A DNA stretch of 63,972 nucleotides, the filler included, from Choristocarpus tenellus KU-1152 (Eukaryota; Protista; Phaeophyceae), in NCBI GenBank assembly GCA_964200185.2. It is 9 parts of 9 records of this genome, joined end to end, with 100 filler letters (N's around TTAATTAATTAA, not from the genome) between each part and the next. Parts side by side here need not be neighbours in the genome. Positions count along the whole stretch, not along the records: positions 19,810 to 29,636 come from CAXNAD020003362.1; positions 29,737 to 43,632 come from CAXNAD020001331.1; 7 more parts are not named here. One strand, written 5' to 3'. Within the stretch, counting starts at the first letter, position 1; every line of letters starts with the position of its first letter. Position numbers and translations under genes: made by a program. The notes under the pieces are model-generated. The model had not been told where the DNA came from and did not search any database. It worked only from the letters and a program-made list of their open reading frames with translations. Of this stretch, positions 22,901-35,754 are shown in pieces.

Positions 22901-25900
22901 CACAAGGTGAGTTAGTCATATCCTTAACCTTAACAATAATAATAATAATGCCTGTTTTATTGAGGTGCATGTGCTCTGTATTCTGGAGGTTTTGCTTGTA
23001 AATGAACTGTAAAATACCTGTTGTTTCAAGTTGTGTGCTATTTTTTGTTTTTGAGTGATTGTTTTTACTTGGACTGGTGACTGTTATAGTATTAATAGTT
23101 TTAATATTTTTAATATTATTAATATTATTACTGGTAGTGCTGCCTTGATGGATGGAATATATCCTTTTGTCAGTTTGTGTTTATTTTTTTTATGGCACCT
23201 GTGGATATTTTTGTGTAGTGGAACCAATCAACCAATCAACCTATCAATGAGAGGGAAGTGCATTGTTGTATCAAGTCTGTGATGTGAAAAGTGTGATGCC
23301 TTAGCCCCGAGAGCAGTTTTTAACCTCAAAACACCGTGTTACTGAATTGTATGTATTTTTATTTTTACTTTTATTTGATTGTCTTTTGTAGGTTAGGGTT
23401 AGTAAGGTCCTTACCTGGTACATAGTTGGATTGCTTGAGATATTATATTCTTATTTTTTGTGTGTTAGTATTAGGGAACAGGCTTCATTGACATTCTTTA
23501 TGCATACGTAAAACAATAGATATTTGATATTGTTGGTATTTGATATTGTTGGTATTTGATACGTTTAATTGTTGAATGATGATGCTGAGTTAGGTTAATC
23601 TTGTGGTGCTCCTTGTTTGCCTATAGTAGTGCTCTTCTAAAAATCTTGCACATATTTACTCCCCCCCTTCCCCCCCTGTTGACCCTGGATCTGAAGCTGT
23701 TGGGTTTGGAGCTGTTCCTGAATAGGTATCCAAAGTGGAGGGGAAAGGTTACCCTTATTCAGGTAGGTCGTGACTGTTCCTCTTGTGTGGTGTGCTGAAT
23801 GAATGTTCTGCTGCTTCCTTAGTGCTTCTCACTGTAGATTATAATTATAATTATTATCATTGTTATTATTATTATTGTTACTGTTAGGGATAGGAGGAGA
23901 AAAATGTTGAATAGATATGTTGTGAGACAGGGTGATGAATAGTTAGGTTGTGAGACAGGGTCAATGGCAGTGATACTTGCAACAGTGATACTCCAATACT
24001 GACAGTCTAAGCTACGGATGGAGCCAGCCAGTAAAGATTTCATTATTGAAAAAAAATAAACGAGAAGGGTAAAGGATAAAGGTTTAGGGCTAAGGGTAAA
24101 GGGTAAGGGGTAAATGGTAAATGGTAAATGGTATAGGGTAAAGAGTGAAGGGTAAAGAGTGAAGGGTAAAGGGTAAAGGGTAAAGAGTGAAGGGTAAAGA
24201 GTGAAGGGTAAAGAGTGAAGGGTAAAGAGTGAAGGGTAAAGGGTAAAGGGTAAAGAGTGAAGGGTAAAGAGTGAAGGGTAAAGAGTGAAGGGTAAAGGGT
24301 ATAGCACCGATATTCCATCAACTACTTTGAAGTACTGAGACCAGTAGTGCATGGTCATGGAGTCTGCCAGAGGTGAAGTCTGTGAGGATTTTCTCCACTA
24401 CATCCTTCCTGAGGGACTTAACTGGTGTTGGTTCTTCAGACTTGCAGTTCTAGTCCAGGACAGTGAACCGGTTGTTAGATGTTACATGGGGGTACCGTAC
24501 TCTTGGGGTACCTGTACCTGTACCTGTACCTGTACCTGTACCTGTACCTGGGGTGAACCCCCACCATCCACCATCCGGTCTTGTTGAAGCAACCAAACTA
24601 GGACGCAATCAATCAAGGTACTTCAAACTACTTCAAACTACTTCAAACTGCTTCAAACTACTTCATCGAATATTGGTGCTTCCCCTCATGACTGACCTGG
24701 AATTTGTTCTGGCTGGGTTGGTGGTGTTCCGTTTACCATTTACCGTTTACCATTTACCATTTACCGTTTATCATTTACCATTTACCATTTACCCTTCTCA
24801 TTTTTTTTTTTTCTTTGATGAATTCCTTCCTGGCTGGATCCATTCATACCTTAGACTGTCAGTATTGGAGTGAGGCAGGGTACAATCAGTTGTGTGGGGT
24901 GTTTTTGTAATGACTAGTTGTGTGTCATGGTGGGATTGATTCCAGCAAAACCCTAATCTCTCTCAGTCATCAAATCTTAGGAGAAGTTTGAATTGAATCT
25001 TGGTTGAATTGAATCTTGGTTGAAGTGAATCTTGGTTGAATTGAATCTTGGTTGAAGTGAATCTTGGTTGAATTGAATCTTGGTTGAAGTGAATCTTGGA
25101 TCCGATGGGTGATGTCACATCTTTGTGACCATCAACAGCAAGTGGTTTGGGGATTCTTAAGAGTTGTATGTATTTGATGTTGATGTGTGTATTTGATGTT
25201 GATAAAGAAATATCTACCCAATACACTTACATACGAGGGCGGATGTGGGTTGGACTAGGATCACCTACCAATAGGACCTATCTGTGACAGTTACACCTAT
25301 AGTTAGTCCAGTGAAAGTGTTTAGTACCATGGCATTTGTATTTATATTTGTATTGTGTTTCTATTGGTGGAGTCTGTTGATGAAGATGTGTAACCTACAT
25401 AGAGACTCATGCGCGATGAAAAATAATATGAAAATATTATTATATTAGATTAGATTGTCAAAAATAATATGAAAATATTATTATATTATATTAGATTGTC
25501 AATAATAATATGAAAATATTATTATATTATATTAGATTGTCAATAATAATAATAAATTTGGCATCAAGAGGGTAATGAACATAATTACAGAAATCAACAT
25601 TTCCACCAATAGTAGTATTTGTTAGTATTTTTATTAGTATTTTTGTTAGTAGTATTTGTTAGTATTTTTGCTAGTAATTTTGCTATTGTTGTGTTAATAT
25701 TAATATTTTTGTACTGAATCAATAAGACTTGTTCACCCTTGAAACATAATCATTGATTTTATCGTTTCTTTTAGTCTAGATTTTATTATGTCTATTCTGT
25801 CATTCCTTTCCCCCCTTCCCCCTACCCCCCCCCCCTTCTATCTGTGGGGTCTATTCTGGTATTGATATTGATATTGTTATTGTTATTGATATTTGTTATG

Positions 25901-27582
25901 TAGGTGGGTGTTCCTTCAAGGACAGAAGTGGCAGAGTATCGGAACCTGGGTGCCCAGGTGAATGAGCTGGTGGGGAGGATCAATGGCAGCTTTGGCACCC
26001 TTGAGTACAGTCCTGTGCATTACATTAACCAGTCCATTACACAGGTATGACACCACCTGGAACAATCTGTTACCCCTTCCCCCCAACAGATTTTGTAGCA
26101 TAGATTTGTGCTACTGATTAACTATAAAATTAACATTTTCTTATTTTGCTTGTGGATGGTCTGGTGTGGTCTACCGTGCTAAGGTGTACCTTTGTTTTGT
26201 TGTATTTTTATTTTATGATAGGTTTAGGTTCTTGTAATCAGGAATGCAATAACTGATCACAAATGGATCACTCAACATTGAGTATCAGTGGTGGAGGAGG
26301 AAAGAAAACATGGAGTGGAATGCTAACAAGAAATGAAGAAATGGTGCCCCCCCCCTCCCCCCCCCCTCCACTCTCTTGTAAATGTAAATAGATACAAATG
26401 TGCATTCGGTCATTGTGAAAGAACTGGCTCTCTATATATGGTGCAATGTGTGTTACATATTTTGTGTATGTTAAAATAATCAAAGTGTCAGTATTATTGA
26501 TGCATTTTTTTGTGCTTTTGTTTCACTAGTGCCAATTCTCTCCCATATTCTCACCTCCTCTGACTTACCTATTAAATCAATTAAATCAATAACAAAAATG
26601 TGATGTCCCTAAAAGGGAGATGAATGGTTTGAGTAGTATCCTGGCCTTGTCTTGAATATTGATGACCAACAATGTTCAGTTCAGTTGTTGAGATAGTGCA
26701 AGTCTTGCTGCAGACGGGCAGAAATTGGTGTCATTGACATTGTAATTTCAGTTGAACTTTGTCTTGTTATTTTATGTTCTGTTACTTTATGTTATTTATT
26801 TTGTTTTATGTCATTTTACTTTGTATCATCTATGTAATTTAACTTTATATTATTTATTTTATGTCACTTTGTATCATTTATTTTATTTTGACATTCTTGA
26901 GAGTACTACACATTAGCTACTAATGATGAAGGGTTCATATCAATTTGATATATGGTACATCTATATTTACATGTTGACGTGAATACATTTGTGCTGGTTA
27001 TCTCTTCATGTTTCTAGTGTATCTATCCTCTTTGTATTATGCACTATTTTGCGATCAATATTCAAGATACTAACACTGCCTCCCCCCCCCTACCCTTTTC
27101 CTTTAATTCCCTTGTTTGGCACTTGACCCTTACCCTCGATATGCCAAGACATGCTTCATTTTTTGTAACTGGTAAACAATCTATTAACAATCTATTAACA
27201 ATCTATTAACAATCTATTAACAATCTATTAACAATCTATTAACAATCTATTAACAATCTATTAACAATCTATTAACAATCTATACCGTACTCAATTCCAT
27301 ACCTATGTATAGTTTGCTTTATCCTCCAGTCTTAACTCTTACTTATAAAAAAGCCTACCTTGTGTTAAGTATCCTCTACCACTGCCCCGCTCCTGTGGCT
27401 GCTCCTGTGGTCGCTCTGGTGACGTTTTCTGTGACTTTGTTGTTTTTGTTGATAGGATGAACTGTTTGCCATCTACAATGTGGCTAATGTCTGCATGGTG
27501 ACCTCTGTGAGAGACGGTATGAATCTTGTATCACACGAGTATGTTGCTGCTCAGAATGAACCAAGACATCCCATACACCCAG
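19945..27582 (+). CDS. TPS: Trehalose-6-phosphate synthase (GT20), internal exons 19945-20015, 20861-21005, 22829-22906, 23697-23762, 25904-26044, 27456-27582
   Basis: Spliced product: GLLSADLVGFHTYDYARHFLSACSRVL...YPIGID...GRKILLGVDRLDYIKGVPHKLLGLELFL...LIQVGVPSR...VNELVGRING...VTSVRDGMNLVSHEY. These are canonical OtsA/TPS motifs in the correct order and phase. Confidence 0.96.
21476..21598. repeat. (ATAAT/ATAGA)n degenerate pentamer array
   Basis: Directly visible. Confidence 0.9.
22526..22624. repeat. (GTCTT/GTCCT)n array
   Basis: Directly visible. Confidence 0.92.
23991..24870. mobile_element. Foldback-like element in a TPS intron: about 80-bp TIRs plus inverted internal tandem arrays
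   Basis: CTCCAATACTGACAGTCTAAG at 23991 is the exact reverse complement of CTTAGACTGTCAGTATTGGAG ending 24870. The arms continue imperfectly into (GGTAAA-based)n on the left and (TTTACC-based)n on the right. Confidence 0.75.
24990..25099. repeat. 16-bp tandem repeat (GAAKTGAATCTTGGTT) x about 7
   Basis: Directly visible, with alternating variants. Confidence 0.92.
25420..25548. repeat. About 40-bp AT-rich tandem repeat x3
   Basis: AATAATATGAAAATATTATTATATTATATTAGATTGTC recurs three times. Confidence 0.9.
27175..27283. repeat. (AACAATCTATT)n 11-mer array
   Basis: About 10 perfect copies. Confidence 0.95.
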
Positions 27583-27715
27583 GTGTGGTACTTACCTTCC
27601 CCATCATAATATACATATACATATATACACACACACACACACCTCTTTAATGATGGTAATGGTGGTCTGGTGTATTACAGAATGAGTTTGTGACTCAGTG
27701 ACGGTATACACTGTA

Positions 27716-27951
27716 GTTGTTAGTTGTTAGTAGTTAGTTGTTAGTTGTTAGTAGTTAGTTGTTAGTAGTTAGTTGTTAGTAGTTAGTAGTTAGTTGTTAG
27801 TTGTTGGTTGTTGGTTGTTAGTTGTTAGTTGTTAGTTGTTAGTTGTTAGTAGTTAGTTGTTAGTTGTTAGTTGTTAGTAGTTAGTTGTTAGTAGTTAGTT
27901 GTTTGTAGTTAGTAGTTAGTAGTTAGTAGTTAGTAGTTAGTTGTTAGTTGT
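27716..27951. repeat. (AGTTGTT/AGTAGTT)n heptamer array
   Basis: Directly visible. Confidence 0.92.
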
Positions 27952-29519
27952 AGTGATTGGAGTGATTGGAGTGATTGGAGTGTAACTTTGGAACTAGTGG
28001 TTTGGTTTATTTAAATTTTTTTGAAAGTGTTCCAAAAAGGTTATAAATTTCATTGTTGTGTTGTAATAAAGGGAGAGTACTGTGTGTGTCATGTTATTGT
28101 GTGCTTATTTTGATACTATTAATTTTAATACTGTTGATATTTATACTATTAATCTTACCATAATTAATTGTCTTAATATCGTTGATTAATACTATTGATA
28201 TTTAACTATTTCTGTTAATGCGTGCCTATTAGAAATGGATATTCTAGTGTTGTTTTACAGTGCAATATTGGGATAACAGTATTTTATTATTTTAAAAGGA
28301 TCTCCTTTATGTGTTGTAGTGTGGAGATGTGAGTCAGTGTAAATGTGTGTGTTTTTTATACTTCATTTCTGGGAAGATTTAAATATGAATATGAATATGA
28401 ATATAAATATACATATAAATATACATATAAATATAAATTATGTAAACAACGAAAGAAATATCAGGACATTCGATTAAATATAAATATAAATATAAATATA
28501 AATATAAATACAAATATATGTTTTCAAGTTCAAGATAGTAGCAGTAGTTGTATTCAACTTATAATGCTCTGTAGTTATGACATGTAATGATGTTTCGGAA
28601 TCTTCAGGCTTTGATCAAAAAGTTACTTATGTTGCTATTTTTAGGGATTGTTAATTAAGTAATTAAAAGATAGGACACCTGGTATGATACAGTGTTGTTT
28701 ATGCATTTATGTACCATGTATCCAACATTTTTTTTTTCTTTTGATATAAGTAATACTACCTCTGTATGTGTATTGCTATTGCTTTAATATATATATATAT
28801 TGATTATATTGATCATGTTGATCATGTTGATCATATACTTTGTGGAAGTGAAGCTGTTGTAGTGACTACTAATTTTGGGCTGGCATATTGTAGTATACAA
28901 TGGTGTGCTGACTTAATCCTGCATTAAACAGTTGTAGTGACAAAGGGGGGTACATCCTGTACCTCAAATTGGTTGAATGGTATACAAGAAGGGCTCTGCT
29001 GACATTGAAAGGGAGCTGAAATGATAATGCAAAGTAACGTTTAAAAACAATAATGTTATTATCATTATTATTATCATTGATATGATGAGGAGGCATCTGA
29101 GGGCCATTTTTAATTGAAGTGGTCATGGGGTTCCTTTCTTGTGGTCTCTATCATTGAAGGTACTCACTGGAATTGGGTCATTTAAAAAATATTTCTTAAA
29201 TAGAAAGTCTGTCTTGGTCTGCTTTATTTAAAAGGAAAAAATTCTTTGAAGCACATTTTTGGTTTTTATTTACTTTTGCGCTACACAGTATATACTATAT
29301 ACTATATACTATATGCTGTATACTATATACTGTATACTATATACAGTATACTATATACAGTATGCATTTGTAAATATTCAATGAAGTACTTTTTATACCA
29401 GTACAAAAGAGACTCTTAAAAGAGACTTTTAAAAGAGACTCTTTACTCTTTTGTTTGATTAACGCAGAAAATTTTCAATATTTATTGATTGTAATATGGT
29501 GATTGTACTGAATTGGAGG

Positions 29520-29636
29520 GGTAAAAGTATATATATATATATATTTCATTGTTGATTGTATTACGGTAAAAGTATATATATATATATATTTCATTGTTGA
29601 TTGTATTACGGTAAAAGTATATATATATATATATTT
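29520..29636. repeat. About 45-bp tandem repeat containing (TA)n, cut by contig end
   Basis: GGTAAAAGT(AT)nTTCATTGTTGATTGTATTAC x2.5. Confidence 0.9.
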
Positions 29637-29893
29637 NNNNNNNNNNNNNNNNNNNNNNNNNNNNNNNNNNNNNNNNNNNNTTAATTAATTAANNNNNNNN
29701 NNNNNNNNNNNNNNNNNNNNNNNNNNNNNNNNNNNNCCCATAGTGATACAAACCTTTCCTCCCCCCCCCCCCCCCCAACTAGTGGCACCTATGTCTGTAC
29801 TCTACGCATTCCAGTATACATACACATTTACAGTATACTGAAGTCATGTATGAAGTTGTTTTTTTTCTTCCATGTTTTGAAACGCCTGTGCAG

Positions 29894-32800
29894 GCCTTGG
29901 AACTCCTCTCGCGTCTGCGGCTAGACAAGCTCCAGCCTAATGAGTTCACCTTCAATGCCGTGATAGATGCATGTGCCAATGCTGGGGAGTATGAGGCCGT
30001 GCTGGCATTGATTTCACAAATGGTGGAGGAGGGACTCAATCCATCAGTCAGGACCTATTCTGCAGCCTTAAAGTGAGCCAACAGCAGTGTGGTAAAGGTG
30101 GCGGTTGAAAGCATTTAAGTTGAAGGGAGGTGATAGTGGTAGTGGTTGAGAGTTGAAGGGATTGAGTGCAAGGAGCCTTTGAAAGAGGGCGGAGAGAGGG
30201 TGTGTGACTACTGTGTCGGTGATGAGGAAGTTGAAGTTGAAGTTGAAGTTTAAGGGGAATACACAGCACTGGACGGTGCATGAGCCAGTTCGTTTTTGTT
30301 GAAGTCGACCTTTCCCACTTGGGACACTATAGGTGTTAGAGATGTACATACTTGGTGCTCCAGAGGGTACTTACTTAGTATACATTCTATGTTGATTTGA
30401 GATGCAAGGGTAGTGAACCCTAGCCTTCAAACCTAACCCTATCTACAGTACTTGGGTGATTATTATTGATACAGTGTTTTCTCTCAGCAATCTTACCCTT
30501 TTCCATGCTCCGGTATCTGCCACAACATGCAATGATAAACCCTGATCAGGGTGTGTGGAGATAACTGGGAACAAGCCCAGATACTATTAGCTAAGATGAG
30601 AGGGGCAGGGTTGAAGCCGAACATGGTGACCTACACCGCCCTCATGAAGACATGTGGGAAGGCTGGGAATTTCCAGCAGGCGTTGGTGAGCTCCACCAAT
30701 AATATTTTTATTTATTACGCTGTGTGTATTGCACGGCGAACAAGGCATTTGAGCGGGTTTTGTTGAGACGCTCGTGCACTCTCCTTTTTTTTGTTATTTT
30801 TGGTGATACGATTAGTTAGGGGGGCTTAGGGTAAGGGATGTGTAGTCTGACTTGATCCCAAGGGTTAGTTAGGGTTGAGATGATGTGTTGTTCACAGATT
30901 CGTATTTGACCTAGTTGCAGTACACCACGTCACCAAGGTCTCTCACTAGTCCTAACCCATAACCCTACACCCATTTAACTGCAGATGATGCCCCCCCCCT
31001 CCCCCCCCACCCCTACCAACTGTTGTCATTTCCTTCAATTCTTCAAGTCCCTGTTGGATGAGGCGCGCCGGGAGGGTCTCCGGCCCAACCTGATCAACTA
31101 CAATGTCTGCATGGATGCCTGTGCAAAGGCGGGTGAGGTCGACCAGGCACTGTCTCTTCTAGAGCACATGAAGGAGCATGAAGACGAGGGCCTCCGCCCT
31201 GACTTGGTTAGCTACAACTCTGCCATTCATGCCTGCGCCAACGTGGGCGACTGGGCACTGGCTCTCTGGCTACTGTCGGAAGTGAGAATGGCAGGTCTTC
31301 AGGCGGATCCATACACGTTCAACAGTGCCATTGAGGCGTGTAAGAAGGGGGAGAACCATGAGGCGGCTGTGTTCCTCCTTGGAAGGATGAGTGCTGAGGG
31401 TTTGGCTCCTGACAGTTACTCTTACTCCTCGGCGATCTCGGCTTGTCGGAATGGGGGCGACAGCGCCACTGCTTTGACTTTGCTGGACGAGATGAAGGAC
31501 CATGGAGTGCCTCCTTCTGAGCACCAGTACAACAATGCGATTGAGGCTGTGGGGAGGGAGGGGGACTGGGCCCTTGCACTGTCGCTGTTGGATAGTATGA
31601 GAGATGAGGGGATTGCACCCGATGCTTACACCTACGGGGCTTTGATTGGAGCCTGCGCCAAGGTGGGGGGTGTGGGAAGGGGTTTGGTGGGAGTGGTAGT
31701 GCGTCTTCTGCGGGCGGGGTGTTTGAAGGAGGGGAGGAAGGCGTTGGTCTTTAGAAAGGCTTGTTCGTTTTTCTTTTTTGTGGGGATTGACAGCGGCATG
31801 TGAGGTGTTCTGTGATGGTATGTTCTTGTTCAGTTGTTTTGTTATTGCCGTCCTGTGATAGTGGAGGGGTGATGGGCTGTCTTGCTTGCTTGGTCCCATT
31901 TGAGGAAGCGATCGCCTATCATACTCTGTCATATTCTGAGGGATCAGAGGCTGAACCATGTTTGGAATGCGTGCTTTGCAGGGTCGTAACCCTGAGATGG
32001 CAGGAGTGTTGTTGGAGGAGATGAAAAAAAATGGACATGCACCTTCACGTTTCACATGGAACTCTGCTATCAGCGTCCATGCCCGGTCTGGGAATACCAC
32101 AGGTGCAAGCAATGGTTGGAGGGGTGGATCATTTATCTTGTTAGTCACATTTACGCACATACACACACAAACACACACAATATATATACATATATTCCTC
32201 CATCATTACTACACCCATTTCCAAAGTGTAATTACTGCATGTCAAAGCCTGGCATAACCTTTGGTATTAATAGCTAAGGCGTCAATTTTGTGACACTTGT
32301 CGGCATCCGAGGAGTGACTCTGTACTTGCATTGAATCGGTGACTTCAAGTACGTGACATTGGTGTGTGTATGCTAGCTAAGTTGCCAACCAGTTGTTTTT
32401 ATCACCAATACTTTACATACTCCCTAGAGTTTATCATCTAGAGGGTGCAGGGAGCTCTCCTTGCTGTTTTTGGTTTATTTTTATTTTTAACAAAAGTTAA
32501 ACCTTCAGGCGCACTCGTCTGTTCTAATCCCTGGCAAAACATTCCATCCCAATGTGCGATCCTTGGAACAAACCTCTCGCTGCCCCTCCTATTCCTCCTA
32601 ATTCGATCCCACTTGATCCTCTGCTCTGCTCTTCAGCGGCCTTGTCGTACCTTGAGGAAATGAAGGAGATCATGGGATGTGACGAAACAGCCTTCTCAAG
32701 TGTAGTGCAGGGGTGTGCCCAGAAAAGAGACTGGAAAGGGGCAGAGATACTAATGACTGAGATGCGAGCATCAGGAATCACACCCAATGATGCCTGCCAC

Positions 32801-34285
32801 TATGCAGTGATATGTTCTGCCTCCAAGGCTGGGAACATCGAACATGCAGTGGAACTGCTAGGTCGCATGAGGGACGACAATATTCCAGCTGACCCATTGG
32901 CATACACAGCTGTAGTGACTGCATGCGCCAAGGCCAAGCACTGGAGACAGGCTATGGCGTTGCTAGAGGAGATGAAGACCAATGGCATCAAGGGAACAGT
33001 AACTACGTACAATGCAGCCATCAGAGCCTGCTCTGAGAATCACGACCTTGCCCTGCTCTTGCTGGAGGACATGCGAAATCAGGGACTTAGCCCCAATACG
33101 TACTCGTTCTCAGCAGCCATAGCAGCGTGTGCCAAAGCAGAGAAGGCAGACAAGGCCCTCAGTCTGCTGGATGATATGGCCAGGAATGGACCAAAGCCGA
33201 ACTGTGAGTTCGTCTAAGGATTTGTAAATATTGGGAAGTAGTGTCTACCGCATAAGACTGTGATCAGATGATGAGTCTCTTCTTGAGGTTGGAAAGTGGT
33301 ATCTCTCCTATTGTTGTTGTCTGCCGTATGATATTGTAGTCCAAAGGGAAATGAAGTTGGTGTGGCACGAGGCTGTGTGTTGTCTCAAGTATTGTGGGGT
33401 AATTTTGCATAGTCCTTGCTTGAGGTCCTGATGGTGTGCTGATGGTGTAGCCAAACCTGGACTTGACACTGGACTTGACCTACCTGCTCACAGGTTCGTA
33501 CCATCATATTTTCCTGCAGCAAGTCCTTAGAGCGACATTAGATTGTGTTTGTTCGTTTGTGTGGAGCTGCACTTATTTTGGTGTGTTTGGGCATGTTCAT
33601 GTTCGTGTCCATGTTCATGGTCTATTTTGAAGAGTAGGTACTAAAGCCATCTAATCTCCAGTAGAGCCCCGCCCCCCCCTCTCCCTGAATCAAAAGGTGA
33701 CAAATGTGACTTTCCTTCGAAGTGTTGGAAATGCGTCCATCTTCCTCCTCTTGATGCATTTACCATTTTGGTATGATTCTTGTTGCAGTGAGTGTGCGTA
33801 TCCCCCTCCCTCCTTGTGATCATCGATCAGGTTTGAACTTACGCACTATTCTAACAACTCATTATGTATGTGATTGGCACCAAGAGTTTCCCAATGTCCC
33901 TTTCGAGACAAAATCAGTGTGACAACATTCGCGAAATTTCGAGGTGCATCTGATGATTTCCCACTCCTGTCTTGTAGAGACTTGCCCTCACCGTCAGTTC
34001 TCTCATGCCCCATGTTCCTTCCCCTGTCTGCTCCCCCTGTCAGTGCATTGTTACAACAAGGCCATCGCTGCATGTGCTCGGGTGGACGAAGTGGAGAGAG
34101 GCATGTCTATCCTTTCAGATATGGCACGCCAAGGGGTGAAGCCTGATGCGAACAGCTTTCAACCCTTGCTAACTGCTTGTGCGGAAGCAGGAAACGATCA
34201 TCTGGGCGAAGAGCTTAGCAAGTTGACAACGCATATTGGTCTCAAAAATCTCAAAGATAGGCAGCGGCCAGGAGCGCGATCATAA
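29894..34285 (+). CDS. P-class pentatricopeptide repeat (PPR) protein, 3' part; exons 29894-30072, 30550-30685, 31048-31662, 31982-32102, 32637-33203, 34044-34285
   Basis: Tandem 35-aa repeats (e.g. PNEFTFNAVIDACANAGEYEAVLALISQMVEEGLN, PDLVSYNSAIHACANVGDWALALWLLSEVRMAGLQ), roughly 17 repeats over about 620 aa. GT-AG junctions have matching phases, and the stop is at 34283-34285. Confidence 0.95.
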
Positions 34286-35568
34286 AACTTCGTCGAGTTC
34301 AATAGTAATATTTATATCTACAATATAGCGACAGACATGCATTCTACCATTCATGATGTACACGCCAGTTTGTGCTCCGGAGCTTAGCGTGTCTTTGTAC
34401 CAAGCTCGTGGTGCACTTGAGACATGGATGAACTCTGACATACTCTGGACTACGAACAAAACCCTAGGGAGGGATGCTTGCATGCACTTCTTGTCTTCAA
34501 ATCTCACTCGTGTTGTGCCACGACCTCCCTGTTCATTGAAGTTACTTGACTACATTTATTTGCTGCTCTATCTGCCTAGTAATCGTACTTTGTAGCCTTG
34601 CAGATTGATAAGATAAGTTCATCCTCTCGAGTATGTTTTCATTTTTCCCAACCACCCCTCTCTGTAATTCCTCCAAATCGTACCTCTTTTCTTGGAGCAG
34701 TCAGTACTTTTTATCCCGGGTAGACCTTGGGGATTGTTCGGGATATCAAGTTCTTGTTTTAGTTGGGTTTCATTGTATGAAGTTCTTGAAAGTTTTCACC
34801 TCATAAACCGATGCAATCCACACATATGAGATGCGAAAGACTTACTACACATTTATTTGTTGTTGTAGTGGGGGAATCATAATACATTAGGTCAGTTACT
34901 AATATAGACTTCTCCGGTTCTCAACTGGTTCAAACATTTCTATGTTGCTTCTTGCTCATCCTTTTTTTATAGAGGTACGAAGGATGTCATACATTGTATT
35001 TACATATAATAGTGGTAAGTGTTAGGGGGGCGCCCCTTTCATAGTTTTTGTGCAGTTCCTTGATGAGAAAATACGAAAAATATTATCCAGCAGCAACATC
35101 AACTTATTTTCTGGAATACCTCCTCCTGTAAGATTTCATGACCGTCCTCTTAGTTTAGTTGTTGGAGACTACTATTCGTATGGAGGAAATTTATTGGCAT
35201 TGTTAATTTCACGTAAGCATGTGTGGGTTTGAACTCACTTGTTGGCAATTTTTTTATTAAGGCGACAACCTTATTCATATTGTCGCAAGTCGACATGGCA
35301 AGGGTTGAGGTTAGAGTTGCACGACGGGCTGTGCACCACCATCCTGAATGATCTTTTCTGTTCCAATTATACACTGCAATAATCCCAGAAAACTGGCAAT
35401 CCTTCATTGCAGTTCTTTTATGCTGAGGTCAGTACGTCAAGACATTTCAAGTAGGAAGTGGGGCGATATTATGTGGTTGTTGGGGTGGTTAAACCCCAAT
35501 AATAATGTACAAGAAGGAAGGCATGAATGGAGTGCAATTAGTTGCTGGGTAACATCCAGTCAGGGTGA

Positions 35569-35754
35569 GGCTCAAAGTATTTTGGGGGGGGTGGCGGTTG
35601 TCCATTTGAGGTCATTTTTTTCATGATGATAAATTTTGGATGATTTGGTTGCATACATCGGTCGGATGGATAATAATGTAAGAAGTGCACTTTTCCTGGT
35701 TATGGTCCAAATGGACACCCTGGTGGTGTAAACCCCCCCCAGATACTTAAGGTC
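35569..35754 (-). mobile_element. MITE family A
   Basis: GGCTCAAAGTATTTTGGGG...CCCCAGATACTTAAGGTC; flanks TGA/TGA. Confidence 0.85.

Noticed and set aside
23819-24910. ORFs with LPFTLYP/YHLPFT repeats
   Set aside because: Translations of intronic tandem arrays within the foldback element.
31270-32178. 302-aa minus-strand ORF, and others such as 3255..3842 and 32800..33021
   Set aside because: Antisense shadows of real exons (PPR, SFI1-like), with no independent motifs.
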